Shown here: positions 29,533-39,034 of the stretch, one piece after another
Layout of the letters: every line of letters starts with the position of its first letter
How positions within the stretch are numbered: position 1 is the stretch's first letter
Assembly (NCBI GenBank): GCA_964469175.1
Contig: CAYXXY010000014.1
Location: 3,419-67,418 of the forward strand
Length of the DNA: 64,000 nt
Source of the DNA: an uncultured Flavobacteriaceae bacterium
Lineage (GTDB): Bacteria > Bacteroidota > Bacteroidia > Flavobacteriales > Flavobacteriaceae
Reading direction: 5' to 3'
Notes under the pieces: model-generated
Databases searched by the model: none
What the model saw: only the letters and a program-made list of their open reading frames with translations
What the model was told of the DNA's origin: nothing
Position numbers and translations under genes: made by a program

Positions 29533-30696
29533 ATGCCTAAAATACTTATTATCGAAGACGAAGCTGCCATCAGGCGTGTTTTAGTTAAAATACTTTCAGA
29601 AGAAAACAATACCTATGAAGTCTTTGAAGCCGAAGACGGATTATCCGGAATACAACTTATCAAAAATGAGGATTTTGATTTGGTGCTTTGCGACATCAAA
29701 ATGCCTAAAATGGATGGGGTGGAAGTACTCGAAGCCACCAAAAAAATCAAGCCCGAAATTCCTATGGTGATGATTTCCGGTCATGGCGATCTGGATGTTG
29801 CCGTAAACACCATGCGTCTTGGCGCTTTTGATTATATCTCAAAACCCCCTGATTTAAATCGTTTGCTGAACACCGTAAGAAACGCCCTCGACCGAAAAGA
29901 ACTTGTGGTTGAAAATAAACAACTTAAAAAGAAGGTGAGCAAGAATTATGAGATGGTGGGTGAGTCAAAGGCCATTCAACAAATCAAGGATATGATTGAA
30001 AAAGTGGCTCCCACAGAAGCCCGCGTTTTAATTACGGGACCCAACGGTACCGGAAAAGAACTTGTTGCCCACTGGATACACGAAAAAAGTGAACGCTCAA
30101 AGGGCCCTATGATAGAAGTGAACTGTGCAGCCATTCCGCCTGAGCTGATTGAAAGTGAACTTTTTGGTCACATTAAAGGCGCATTTACCTCAGCCATAAA
30201 AGACCGCGCCGGAAAATTTGAAGCCGCTAATGGAGGTACATTATTTCTTGATGAAATTGGCGATATGAGCCTGGCTGTTCAGGCAAAGGTTTTAAGAGCC
30301 CTTCAGGAAGGTAAAGTGCAGCGAGTGGGTAACGATAAAGACATCAAAGTGGATGTGAGGGTTGTCGCTGCGACAAACAAAAACCTAAAACAGGAAATTG
30401 AGGAAAAACGCTTTCGCGAAGATTTGTACCATCGATTGGCTGTTATCTTAATAGAAGTTCCGGCATTAAATGATCGCAGGGAAGACATTCCGCTTTTGAT
30501 TGACTTTTTCACTGAAAAAATAGCAGAAGCCCAGGGAACAGCCAAAAAGAATTTTACTAAAGATGCCGTAAAACTATTACAGGCTTATGACTGGACAGGA
30601 AACATCAGGGAGTTGCGCAATGTTATTGAAAGGCTGATTATTTTGGGAGGCAAGGAAATTACTGAAGATGACGTAAAAATGTTTGCCAGCAAATAG
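29533..30696 (+). CDS. sigma-54-dependent response regulator (REC + AAA+), lacking a C-terminal HTH
   Basis: The ATG at 29533 gives MPKILIIEDE. Receiver Asp (LCDIKMP), Walker A GPNGTGKE, GAFTSA loop, FLDEIG and RELRN. The protein ends about 30 aa after the AAA+ lid. Confidence 0.85.
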   Translation: MPKILIIEDEAAIRRVLVKILSEENNTYEVFEAEDGLSGIQLIKNEDFDLVLCDIKMPKMDGVEVLEATKKIKPEIPMVMISGHGDLDVAVNTMRLGAFDYISKPPDLNRLLNTVRNALDRKELVVENKQLKKKVSKNYEMVGESKAIQQIKDMIEKVAPTEARVLITGPNGTGKELVAHWIHEKSERSKGPMIEVNCAAIPPELIESELFGHIKGAFTSAIKDRAGKFEAANGGTLFLDEIGDMSLAVQAKVLRALQEGKVQRVGNDKDIKVDVRVVAATNKNLKQEIEEKRFREDLYHRLAVILIEVPALNDRREDIPLLIDFFTEKIAEAQGTAKKNFTKDAVKLLQAYDWTGNIRELRNVIERLIILGGKEITEDDVKMFASK

Positions 30697-30741
30697 GGTA
30701 AATAAATCTTTAGTATATTTAGCATTTGATGCAAATCCATA

Positions 30742-31620
30742 ATGAAAAACATTTCACTAGAACAATTTAGAATTAAAGGCAAGGTCAGTATAAAAGATCT
30801 GCCAACAACTTATCCGCTTGAAGCGAGCTCAAAAAAAATTGTCAACGAACTAAGAAAGACGAGCAAACAGCTCGGTGACTTGCAGAATACACTCTATGCC
30901 CACGGCAAATATGGTGTTTTAGTTTGTTTTCAGGCCATGGATACCGGTGGCAAGGACAGCCTTATCAGGGAAGTTTTTAAGGATTTCAACGTTCGCGGGG
31001 TTGTCAACCACAGTTTTAAAGTGCCTTCAGAAAAAGAATTGCGGCACAATTACCTTTGGAGGCATTATGTCGCTCTTCCTGAAAGAGGAAAATATGCCGT
31101 GTTTAACAGGACACACTATGAAAACGTTTTGGTAACCCGTGTGCATCCGCATTATATTCTTAACGAAAATATCCCCGGAATAGAAAGTGTTGACGATATT
31201 GACGATACTTTTTGGGAAAAACGTTTTGAGCAAATCAATAATTTTGAAAAAACCATTTCTGAAAATGGTACTATTATACTTAAATTCTTTCTGAATATTT
31301 CCAAAGAAGAACAGAAAAACCGATTGCTAAGAAGGTTGGATAAACCAAACAAAAACTGGAAGTTCTCTCCGGGTGATTTAAAAGAGCGAAAACTCTGGGA
31401 CACTTATATGAATTACTATGAAGATGTTTTTAACAAAACATCAAAAGAATATGCGCCCTGGTTTTCAATTCCTGCAGACGACAAAGACACTGCCCGAATG
31501 CTGGTGGCAAAAATACTCCTGGAGACAATGGAAAAATATAAAGATATAGTCGAGCCGGAATTACCTGACGAGTTAAAAGCACAAATTCCAGATTATATCA
31601 AACAACTTGAACATGACTAA
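30742..31620 (+). CDS. ppk2: polyphosphate kinase 2 family (single-domain polyP:nucleotide phosphotransferase)
   Basis: 292 aa. PPK2 Walker A-like MDTGGKDS and lid/Walker B region FNRTHYE. Confidence 0.9.
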   Translation: MKNISLEQFRIKGKVSIKDLPTTYPLEASSKKIVNELRKTSKQLGDLQNTLYAHGKYGVLVCFQAMDTGGKDSLIREVFKDFNVRGVVNHSFKVPSEKELRHNYLWRHYVALPERGKYAVFNRTHYENVLVTRVHPHYILNENIPGIESVDDIDDTFWEKRFEQINNFEKTISENGTIILKFFLNISKEEQKNRLLRRLDKPNKNWKFSPGDLKERKLWDTYMNYYEDVFNKTSKEYAPWFSIPADDKDTARMLVAKILLETMEKYKDIVEPELPDELKAQIPDYIKQLEHD

Positions 31621-31633
31621 TTTATTCAATACA

Positions 31634-33037
31634 ATGAAAAGACTATTTTTTATTCCCATTTTAATCCTTATTTCTTTTAGTGCAACTTCGCAAAAGGTCA
31701 ATCAGGAAGACTCCCTGATGATTAGAAGTATTTATGACCAAGCTTTGGTAAACGGTCAGAGTTATGAATGGTTACGCCACATAACTAAAAACATTGGTCA
31801 TCGTCTTTCAGGCTCTATTGGAGCAGAAAGAGCGGTTGCTTATACTAAAGAAGAACTGGACAAACTCAATTTGGACAATGTCTGGTTGCAATCGGTGATG
31901 GTGCCCAAATGGGTGAGGGGCGTTAAAGAATATGCCTATATAGAAACCTCTCCGGGAAACACAACTGTAGTAAACATAAGGGCTTTGGGTGGTTCAACCT
32001 CTACACCTCAAGGCGGACTTAAAGCTCCAATAATCGAAGTTCACGGTATCGAAGGCCTGGAAAAACTCAGCCGAAGCGATGTAGAAGGAAAAATAGTTTT
32101 CTTCAATAAAGCGATGGATCCCAGGTTTATTCAAACTTTTGGTGATTATGGTAATACCGTGAGTCAACGATCAAGAGGAGCATATGAGGCTTCTAAATTA
32201 GGAGCAGTCGGGGTAATTGTGCGTTCAGTCACTTTAAAGGAACATGAATATCCCCACACTGGTGGTATGTCATACAGAGACTTGCCACTTGATCAGCACA
32301 TCCCTGCAGCAGCCATCAGCACCACACATGCCAATTTGTTAAGTAGTATGCTCAAGTTACAGCCCGATTTACAATTTTATTTCAACCAAACCAGCAGAAT
32401 GATGCCCGATGTGGAATCACACAATGTGATTGGTGAAATCAAAGGAAGCGTTCATCCTGAACGCATTATCCTTGTTGGAGCTCACCTCGATTCCTGGGAT
32501 TTGGGTGAAGGTGCTCATGATGACGGTGCCGGGGTAGTACAGTCGATGGAAGTGATGCGTATGTTCAAAAACCTGGGTTATCAACCCAAACACACCATCA
32601 GGGTTGTGCTGTTTATGAATGAGGAAAATGGCACACGTGGCGCACAAAAGTATGCTGCTGAGGTAGAAAGAAAGAAAGAACCCCATATTTTTGGTATTGA
32701 AAGCGACGCAGGCGGATTTACGCCAAGGGGATTTTCAGTGACAAGTTCTGAAGCAGAATTAAAACACCTACAACAATGGGCACCCCTTTTTGAACCCTAT
32801 TTCACAGACTTAATAATTGAAGGATTTAGTGGTGTTGATATTAGACCTCTAGAAAAAGAAAACAATATTATGGCAGGACTCAAAGTAGATTCTCAACGCT
32901 ATTTTGACATTCACCATGCCGATACCGATGTGTTTGAACAAGTAAATAGAAGAGAACTGGAACTGGGTGCAGCAGCCATGGCATCGATCATTTATTTGGT
33001 TGATAAATATGGGACAGTTAATTATCCGGTGGAGTAG
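31634..33037 (+). CDS. secreted M28 family metallopeptidase
   Basis: The ATG at 31634 gives the signal peptide MKRLFFIPILILISFSATSQ. Zn ligand region GAHLDSWDLGEGAHDDGAG, and NEENG. Confidence 0.85.
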   Translation: MKRLFFIPILILISFSATSQKVNQEDSLMIRSIYDQALVNGQSYEWLRHITKNIGHRLSGSIGAERAVAYTKEELDKLNLDNVWLQSVMVPKWVRGVKEYAYIETSPGNTTVVNIRALGGSTSTPQGGLKAPIIEVHGIEGLEKLSRSDVEGKIVFFNKAMDPRFIQTFGDYGNTVSQRSRGAYEASKLGAVGVIVRSVTLKEHEYPHTGGMSYRDLPLDQHIPAAAISTTHANLLSSMLKLQPDLQFYFNQTSRMMPDVESHNVIGEIKGSVHPERIILVGAHLDSWDLGEGAHDDGAGVVQSMEVMRMFKNLGYQPKHTIRVVLFMNEENGTRGAQKYAAEVERKKEPHIFGIESDAGGFTPRGFSVTSSEAELKHLQQWAPLFEPYFTDLIIEGFSGVDIRPLEKENNIMAGLKVDSQRYFDIHHADTDVFEQVNRRELELGAAAMASIIYLVDKYGTVNYPVE

Positions 33038-33119
33038 GAAAAAATTTAGGTAATAAAGTGTTTTTTAAAAGTTTTATATTAATTTTAAGAAATGCTTTAT
33101 ATTTATAACACTAGGTTTA

Positions 33120-33164
33120 AACAAAAGACCACAATGAAAATTATTTTCATTGTGGTCTTTTGTT
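33120..33164. repeat. perfect 45-nt palindrome (21-bp arms, 3-nt loop) spanning the A2M-like gene start codon
   Basis: AACAAAAGACCACAATGAAAA-tta-TTTTCATTGTGGTCTTTTGTT. Every position from 33120-33140 pairs with 33164-33144. The ATG at 33134-33136 lies in the left arm. Confidence 0.85.
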
Positions 33165-36100
33165 GTTTTAATATTTCACTCCAAGCCCAAAAATTACTAG
33201 AAAGCAGGAAAACAAGCCATTACACTTATATTTTTAAAATATCTGATCAGGAAGCTGAAAATATTTATTCTACAAAGGATATTCAAATTGACAATAATTT
33301 TTTTCACACAGTAATAGATTCTTTTCCGACAGGTCAAACCTTTGATAAAAAATTAGACCCAGGGCATTACTTAAAAGCATATTCAGATTTGAATATACAA
33401 AAAATTGAAATCACCACTATTCAAAACATTGATGTCTTTTTGCTGAACAATTATCAGGATTTAGTCATTCAGCTCTATGATTTAAATGGAGAAATTGTCA
33501 ATACTGCTGATGTACAAGTTAAAAACCGGACAATAAAATACAATAATGAAATCGAGGCTTATTTTCATAGAAAATCCAATAAAAGAGGATTGTTAAAGGT
33601 TACCTATGATGGCACCACAGCCTACTATTATTTAGACAGAGGGCATAATAATTCGGTTTTTAAGAGGAATTCCAGAAAAGTTTTGTACGGCACACCATTA
33701 AGATATGTTTGGACACCAATAGAATTTGCTGCCAAACTTCCGGTTGATGCTGTAAAATCTATTTCTGACGGTTGGTCTCAAGGAACAATCAGAAGTTCTG
33801 AAAACTTTTTTGTAAGACTATATAGAAATGTAGCTTGTGTTTTTGATGACTACCATTGTGATTATTATGGTAATTCATACAGAACAAATAATGAAGGATA
33901 TTTAGTCTTTAATAAGCCTAAATACAAGCCGGGTGATACAGTAAAGTTTAAAAGCTTTATTGTAAATAAAAGAGGGAAGCCGTTAGAAAAACCTCTTTCT
34001 GTTTATCTTCAGGGAAACAGGCAAAAAGTTAAATTAACAACCTTAAACCCTTATGATAAAGGAGGATATGAATTTAATTTTTTTCTTCATGATTCATTAA
34101 AGCTAAGGCTTGATACCCAATATTCTATACAACTGGAGGATCACAAAGATAATATCCTTATTTCCGGACAATTTAGATATGAGGATTATGAATTGGCAAA
34201 AAACCAGTTACATATAAGATTGCCTCAAAAAAATCAATATAAAAACAAATCCTTTGAAGTCTATATAAGGGCAACTGATGAAAATGAATTGGTTCTTCAA
34301 GATGCAAGGTTACAGATTTTAAAGCGCTTGAAAACCCCTTTAAACTATTATAAAAACAAACTTTTTATTCCTGACACCTTAGGCTATTTAGAAAGAAAAC
34401 TTGAACCTGTTTCAGAAACAAAAATTGAAATTTCAGACTCGTTATTTCCCGCTTCCAATTTTGAATATGAGCTTATAGTAAATCTGTTGACATCAGATAA
34501 TGAGTTGATGTCAAAAACAGAAAGTGTCATTTACTACCATTTGAATGAAAAACTGGAAGCTGATTTGGTGAAAGACTCCATCAGCTTTTTTTACAGAAAA
34601 AACGGTCTATCTGCCAATAGGGAGATTCAAATTTATGGAAAAGATAATTTTGGAAATCAAACATTGGTTTTTGAAGGGGAAACCCCTGTGCAACTTAAGC
34701 TAATTCCATTTTACTCGTCATACACTTCAGAATCAGGTGATTTGGAATTGGAGTATAGAATTTCAGATAAACCCTCAATGGTTCAGGTTTCAGGTACTCG
34801 TACATCAGATTCTATTAGACTGGAAATATTCAATCCGCGGAAAATATCTTTTAACTACAACACCTATTTAAAGAATAGAATGATTTCGTCTGGATATACA
34901 AATGAATTGAAAATAGCCGAACCCCTGAATTCACTTGAAAATTATCAAATTTCAATTCAGTACATCTGGGGTGGAAAAGTTAAAACAGAAAATATTACGA
35001 TTCCCCTAAAAGACAAAACCCTGAATGTAGAAGTGAATCAACCGGATTTAGTTTACCCGGGTCAAAATTCCACAATTGAAGTATCAGTGACAGATTATAA
35101 AGGAAACCCTGTAGAAGGTGTCGATCTCACAGCATACTCCATGACCAAAAAGTTTAATTACAATCCACCCACCTTGCCCTATTTGGGAAAAAGCAGAAAA
35201 AACAGAAACATAATAAACACCTTTAGTTTAAATAATCAAAAACTATACACACCTACAGAGAGTGACTTAGATTTTGAATACTGGAACAAAATGGCGGTTT
35301 TAGATTCCATTGAGTACTATAAATTTTTATACCCTAAAAACGAAATTTATCAATTTTCATTTACCCCAAACGATTCCATCACCCAGTTTGCGCCATTCGT
35401 TTTTTCAAATGGGAAAAAGTTGCCTATCCACGTTATTTATGTGGATAACAAACCTGTTTATTTCAGTTGGTCAACAAATGAACGACCCTATTCTTTTAAT
35501 GTTAGGGAAGGATATCATCAGGTTAAACTAAGGACAACCCATAAAATCATCACGATTGACAGTTTGTATTTTCCTGAAAACAAAAAACTGATTTTCAGTT
35601 TGGATGAATCAATCTCCAAAAAAGGAATTGATATCAAAGAGCTAAAAAGTGAATTGAGTGAACAAGAACAAAGGTCGCTTTACAATTATGTTTTTCCTTA
35701 TCGGAATACATTTAACAATAGGATTGCTTACCTTGAAAATGGAGATAACACCCTATTGCTATCATCCAACCTAAGACGTCAAGCCAATAATCTTGCCGGA
35801 CCTGTTTCAGGAACAGTCGTTTTCAGGATGCTTGATGGCACTACCAATGTGTTTACACATGAACCCTATTTCGAATATGAATTTCAGTCAGACTTATTAA
35901 AAATGAGAACATATGATAAGTCACGATATCCTAATAAACTATCCAGTTACAACAGGAGTACCGGTATTCAAGACTTAGTACTCACTCCGGAAAAAATAAA
36001 TGACATCTATCAAAATTCAATTGAAACATCCCGAACAACCATTCATTATTTTCCAAATCCCGGAAACACAACTGCTGGCTTTGGCAGGTTAATAATTGAA

Positions 36101-39034
36101 ATTGAAGATGAAAAAAAAGTAGATGAAATTCCTTTAAATATAATCGTTTTTAGTCATGACGACCCTGATTTTGTAAGGGTCTATCCCGGAAATTCACGTT
36201 TGATTCACCAATTAAGCAACGCAAATTACAAACTGATTTTCTTCTATTCTGAAAAAAAATACCATACCGTTGATTCTGTAGCTGTTTTGCCTGATGGTTT
36301 GAACTTTTTAAGGGTAAAAAAGCCTGAGGTTTTAAAAACAGATGATTTTAGTTTGACCATTGATGAAATAATCAAAAATGCCATAATCACTGAAAAAGTT
36401 GATGATAAAAGCAACAGGATAAATTTGAATCGCATCAACATTGCTCATCAGCAACAATATATTTATGGACAAAGTGTCATTAGGGTAGAAGGGACAGTCA
36501 CAGATGATATTGGATTGCCTTTGCCCGGAGTGAATATTATCGTTAGAGGAACAACAAAGGGTACACAAACCGATTTTGACGGTAATTATTCCATACTTAT
36601 CAATGCCGGAGAAATTTTGGTGTTTAGTTATGTGGGATTTGCTACTCAAGAAGTAGTGCCACGCACTGATTTATTAAATATTGAAATGGGAGCTGCTGAA
36701 CAGCTTTCACAAGTGGTTGTAACCGGGTATTCAGCTTCAAGAGAAATGAGGGCTTTGAGTCATTCTGTTACAAGTTCTGAAATTCAACAGGTATTGGCAG
36801 GTGTATCGTCAGGTGTTCAGATAAGTGGTATGGAAAAATCTGAAACACATGTTACAATAAGAGGGATGAATAGTGTTTCTGTCAATTCGCAGCCGTTATA
36901 CATTGTAAATGGAATGATTTATACAGGAGATGCCACACAATTGAATAATGACCAAATTACTTCATTAACAGTGCTTGAAGGAACTGCTGCTGTTGAAATG
37001 TATGGAGCACTTGGAGTCAATGGTGTGATTGTTATAGAATTAAATGATGAGGAACTTTTATCCACTTTACAACTTCAAGACAAAGGTGCAGATTTTGATG
37101 AAACCTTTTATGAAAGTGCTCTTGCTGCGGGTTCGCTGAGGCAAAACTTTTCTGATGATGCCTTTTGGCAACCAAAGCTTAAAACAGACATAAACGGTAA
37201 AGCAAGTTTTGAAGTAACTTTTCCAGATGACATCACCAACTGGGAAACTTTTTATCTGGCAATGAATGGCAACAAACAAACCGGGCAAACAAGAAAATCG
37301 ATTAAATCTTACAAGCCTTTGATGGCCCAGCTCGCAATTCCAAGGTTTTTAGTGGAAAATGATACTACCTATGCTATTGGAAAAACACTCAATTATATGG
37401 CTTCAGAACAAGAAGTCACTATAACTTATGAAGTGAATGATGTTGTTCAGTTTTCAAAAACCGAGCAATTTAAAAATGCAATTATTGACACCTTATTAAT
37501 TACTGCAAGGGATTCTATTTCAGTTAAATACATCATCGAAAAATCAGACGGTTATTTTGATGGCGAGTTGAGGGAAATCCCGGTTTACCCTAAGGGGCTT
37601 TTTCAAACTTTTGGTCATTTTTATGTTTTGGAAAATGACAAGAAAGTCGATTTGACATTCAATCCTGATTATGGAACGGTAAACCTATATGCGAGGGCAG
37701 ATGTTTTGGAAGTTCTCGACGAAGAAATCAATCACGTCATCAGGTATAAATATCTGTGTAATGAGCAAATAGCTTCAAAACTTAAAATGCTATTGATGCA
37801 GAAAAGGTTGGCACAATATAAAAATGTACCCTTTAAAAATGAAAAGGATATAGATAAACTTATTTCCCTTTTATTGAAAAACCAGAAAAGATCCGGTTTA
37901 TGGGGTTGGTGGAGAGACTCTCAAAACAGCTACTGGATCAGTCTTCAGGTGCTTGAAGCACTGGCCCGGGCAATAGATGAAGGGTATCCCGTTGTGCTAA
38001 ATATCACGGAAACAACCCGGGAAATGATATGGAGACTGGAAACTTCTTCAGATTTTGATGAGAAATACAGAATCTTAAAAGCATTAAAATTACTAGATGC
38101 AAAAATTGATTATAAATATTACATAGAAAAACTGGAAAGAAGGGAAGAGATAAAGTTTAACGAACGATTGATGCTCACTGAACTCCAACAAGTTCACGGT
38201 ATGAACTACCAAATAGATTCAATCATTAAATATAAACGCACAACCCTTTTCGGGAATGTTTATTTTTCTGATGAGAAAAGTATTTCAAGTCTTTTGAACA
38301 ATAACATCCAGAATACCCTTTTGGCTTATAAAATATTAAAGAAAGACACCTTGGATCATACAAGTGAACTTTCAAAAATGAGAAATTACTTTTTTGAACG
38401 TCGCAGTTCAGGTTTTTGGCGAAATACATTTGAATCAGCTCAAATTATTGAAACAATTATTGACGATTTCATTCAAGTAGTCACAAAACCTGATACTCCA
38501 AAATTATTTATTGAAGGCGATGTTTCCAGTGTAATCGAAGCCTTTCCCTTTGAGCTCATAGTTGATCCCAATCAAAAAATCTCAGTTACTATGACCGGTG
38601 ATTTTCCTGTGTATTTTACGAGTTATCAATCATTTTGGGAAAGCAATCCAATAAAGAAAAGTGATGAATTTGAAATTCATACACAATTTGGGCAAGCCAA
38701 CAGAACAATTTTGAAGGGTGGAGAGGAAGTTTCCCTACTGGTAAAAGTCAAAATAGAAAAGGATGCCGAATATGTAATGATAAACGTCCCTATTCCCGGT
38801 GGATGTTCTTATGCCAACAATCAATCAAGACACAGGTTTGAATCTCACAGGGAAAACTTTAAAAATGAGACAACAATCTTTTGTGAAAGACTTCCGATTG
38901 GTGAGCACACCTTCGAAGTAAAATTAGTTCCCCGGTATTCAGGAAGCTATACGCTCAATCCTGCAAAAATTGAATTGATGTATTTCCCAACGTTTAATGC
39001 AAATGACACACTAAAAAAAGTAATGATCGAATAA
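33134..39034 (+). CDS. giant secreted alpha-2-macroglobulin family protein with internal CarboxypepD_reg + TonB-receptor Plug module
   Basis: Signal peptide MKIIFIVVFCCFNISLQAQ. MG-like domains (KPKYKPGDTVKFKSF). SusC-type N-terminal module (GTVTDDIGLPLPGVNIIVRGTTKGTQTDFDGNY...; PLYIVNGM...LEGTAAVEMYGALGVNGVIVIEL). A2M domain (DAFWQPKLKTDINGKASFEVTFPDDITNWE). Thioester-type CNEQ at 37757-37768. An alternative ATG is at 33092. Confidence 0.85.
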   Translation: MKIIFIVVFCCFNISLQAQKLLESRKTSHYTYIFKISDQEAENIYSTKDIQIDNNFFHTVIDSFPTGQTFDKKLDPGHYLKAYSDLNIQKIEITTIQNIDVFLLNNYQDLVIQLYDLNGEIVNTADVQVKNRTIKYNNEIEAYFHRKSNKRGLLKVTYDGTTAYYYLDRGHNNSVFKRNSRKVLYGTPLRYVWTPIEFAAKLPVDAVKSISDGWSQGTIRSSENFFVRLYRNVACVFDDYHCDYYGNSYRTNNEGYLVFNKPKYKPGDTVKFKSFIVNKRGKPLEKPLSVYLQGNRQKVKLTTLNPYDKGGYEFNFFLHDSLKLRLDTQYSIQLEDHKDNILISGQFRYEDYELAKNQLHIRLPQKNQYKNKSFEVYIRATDENELVLQDARLQILKRLKTPLNYYKNKLFIPDTLGYLERKLEPVSETKIEISDSLFPASNFEYELIVNLLTSDNELMSKTESVIYYHLNEKLEADLVKDSISFFYRKNGLSANREIQIYGKDNFGNQTLVFEGETPVQLKLIPFYSSYTSESGDLELEYRISDKPSMVQVSGTRTSDSIRLEIFNPRKISFNYNTYLKNRMISSGYTNELKIAEPLNSLENYQISIQYIWGGKVKTENITIPLKDKTLNVEVNQPDLVYPGQNSTIEVSVTDYKGNPVEGVDLTAYSMTKKFNYNPPTLPYLGKSRKNRNIINTFSLNNQKLYTPTESDLDFEYWNKMAVLDSIEYYKFLYPKNEIYQFSFTPNDSITQFAPFVFSNGKKLPIHVIYVDNKPVYFSWSTNERPYSFNVREGYHQVKLRTTHKIITIDSLYFPENKKLIFSLDESISKKGIDIKELKSELSEQEQRSLYNYVFPYRNTFNNRIAYLENGDNTLLLSSNLRRQANNLAGPVSGTVVFRMLDGTTNVFTHEPYFEYEFQSDLLKMRTYDKSRYPNKLSSYNRSTGIQDLVLTPEKINDIYQNSIETSRTTIHYFPNPGNTTAGFGRLIIEIEDEKKVDEIPLNIIVFSHDDPDFVRVYPGNSRLIHQLSNANYKLIFFYSEKKYHTVDSVAVLPDGLNFLRVKKPEVLKTDDFSLTIDEIIKNAIITEKVDDKSNRINLNRINIAHQQQYIYGQSVIRVEGTVTDDIGLPLPGVNIIVRGTTKGTQTDFDGNYSILINAGEILVFSYVGFATQEVVPRTDLLNIEMGAAEQLSQVVVTGYSASREMRALSHSVTSSEIQQVLAGVSSGVQISGMEKSETHVTIRGMNSVSVNSQPLYIVNGMIYTGDATQLNNDQITSLTVLEGTAAVEMYGALGVNGVIVIELNDEELLSTLQLQDKGADFDETFYESALAAGSLRQNFSDDAFWQPKLKTDINGKASFEVTFPDDITNWETFYLAMNGNKQTGQTRKSIKSYKPLMAQLAIPRFLVENDTTYAIGKTLNYMASEQEVTITYEVNDVVQFSKTEQFKNAIIDTLLITARDSISVKYIIEKSDGYFDGELREIPVYPKGLFQTFGHFYVLENDKKVDLTFNPDYGTVNLYARADVLEVLDEEINHVIRYKYLCNEQIASKLKMLLMQKRLAQYKNVPFKNEKDIDKLISLLLKNQKRSGLWGWWRDSQNSYWISLQVLEALARAIDEGYPVVLNITETTREMIWRLETSSDFDEKYRILKALKLLDAKIDYKYYIEKLERREEIKFNERLMLTELQQVHGMNYQIDSIIKYKRTTLFGNVYFSDEKSISSLLNNNIQNTLLAYKILKKDTLDHTSELSKMRNYFFERRSSGFWRNTFESAQIIETIIDDFIQVVTKPDTPKLFIEGDVSSVIEAFPFELIVDPNQKISVTMTGDFPVYFTSYQSFWESNPIKKSDEFEIHTQFGQANRTILKGGEEVSLLVKVKIEKDAEYVMINVPIPGGCSYANNQSRHRFESHRENFKNETTIFCERLPIGEHTFEVKLVPRYSGSYTLNPAKIELMYFPTFNANDTLKKVMIE

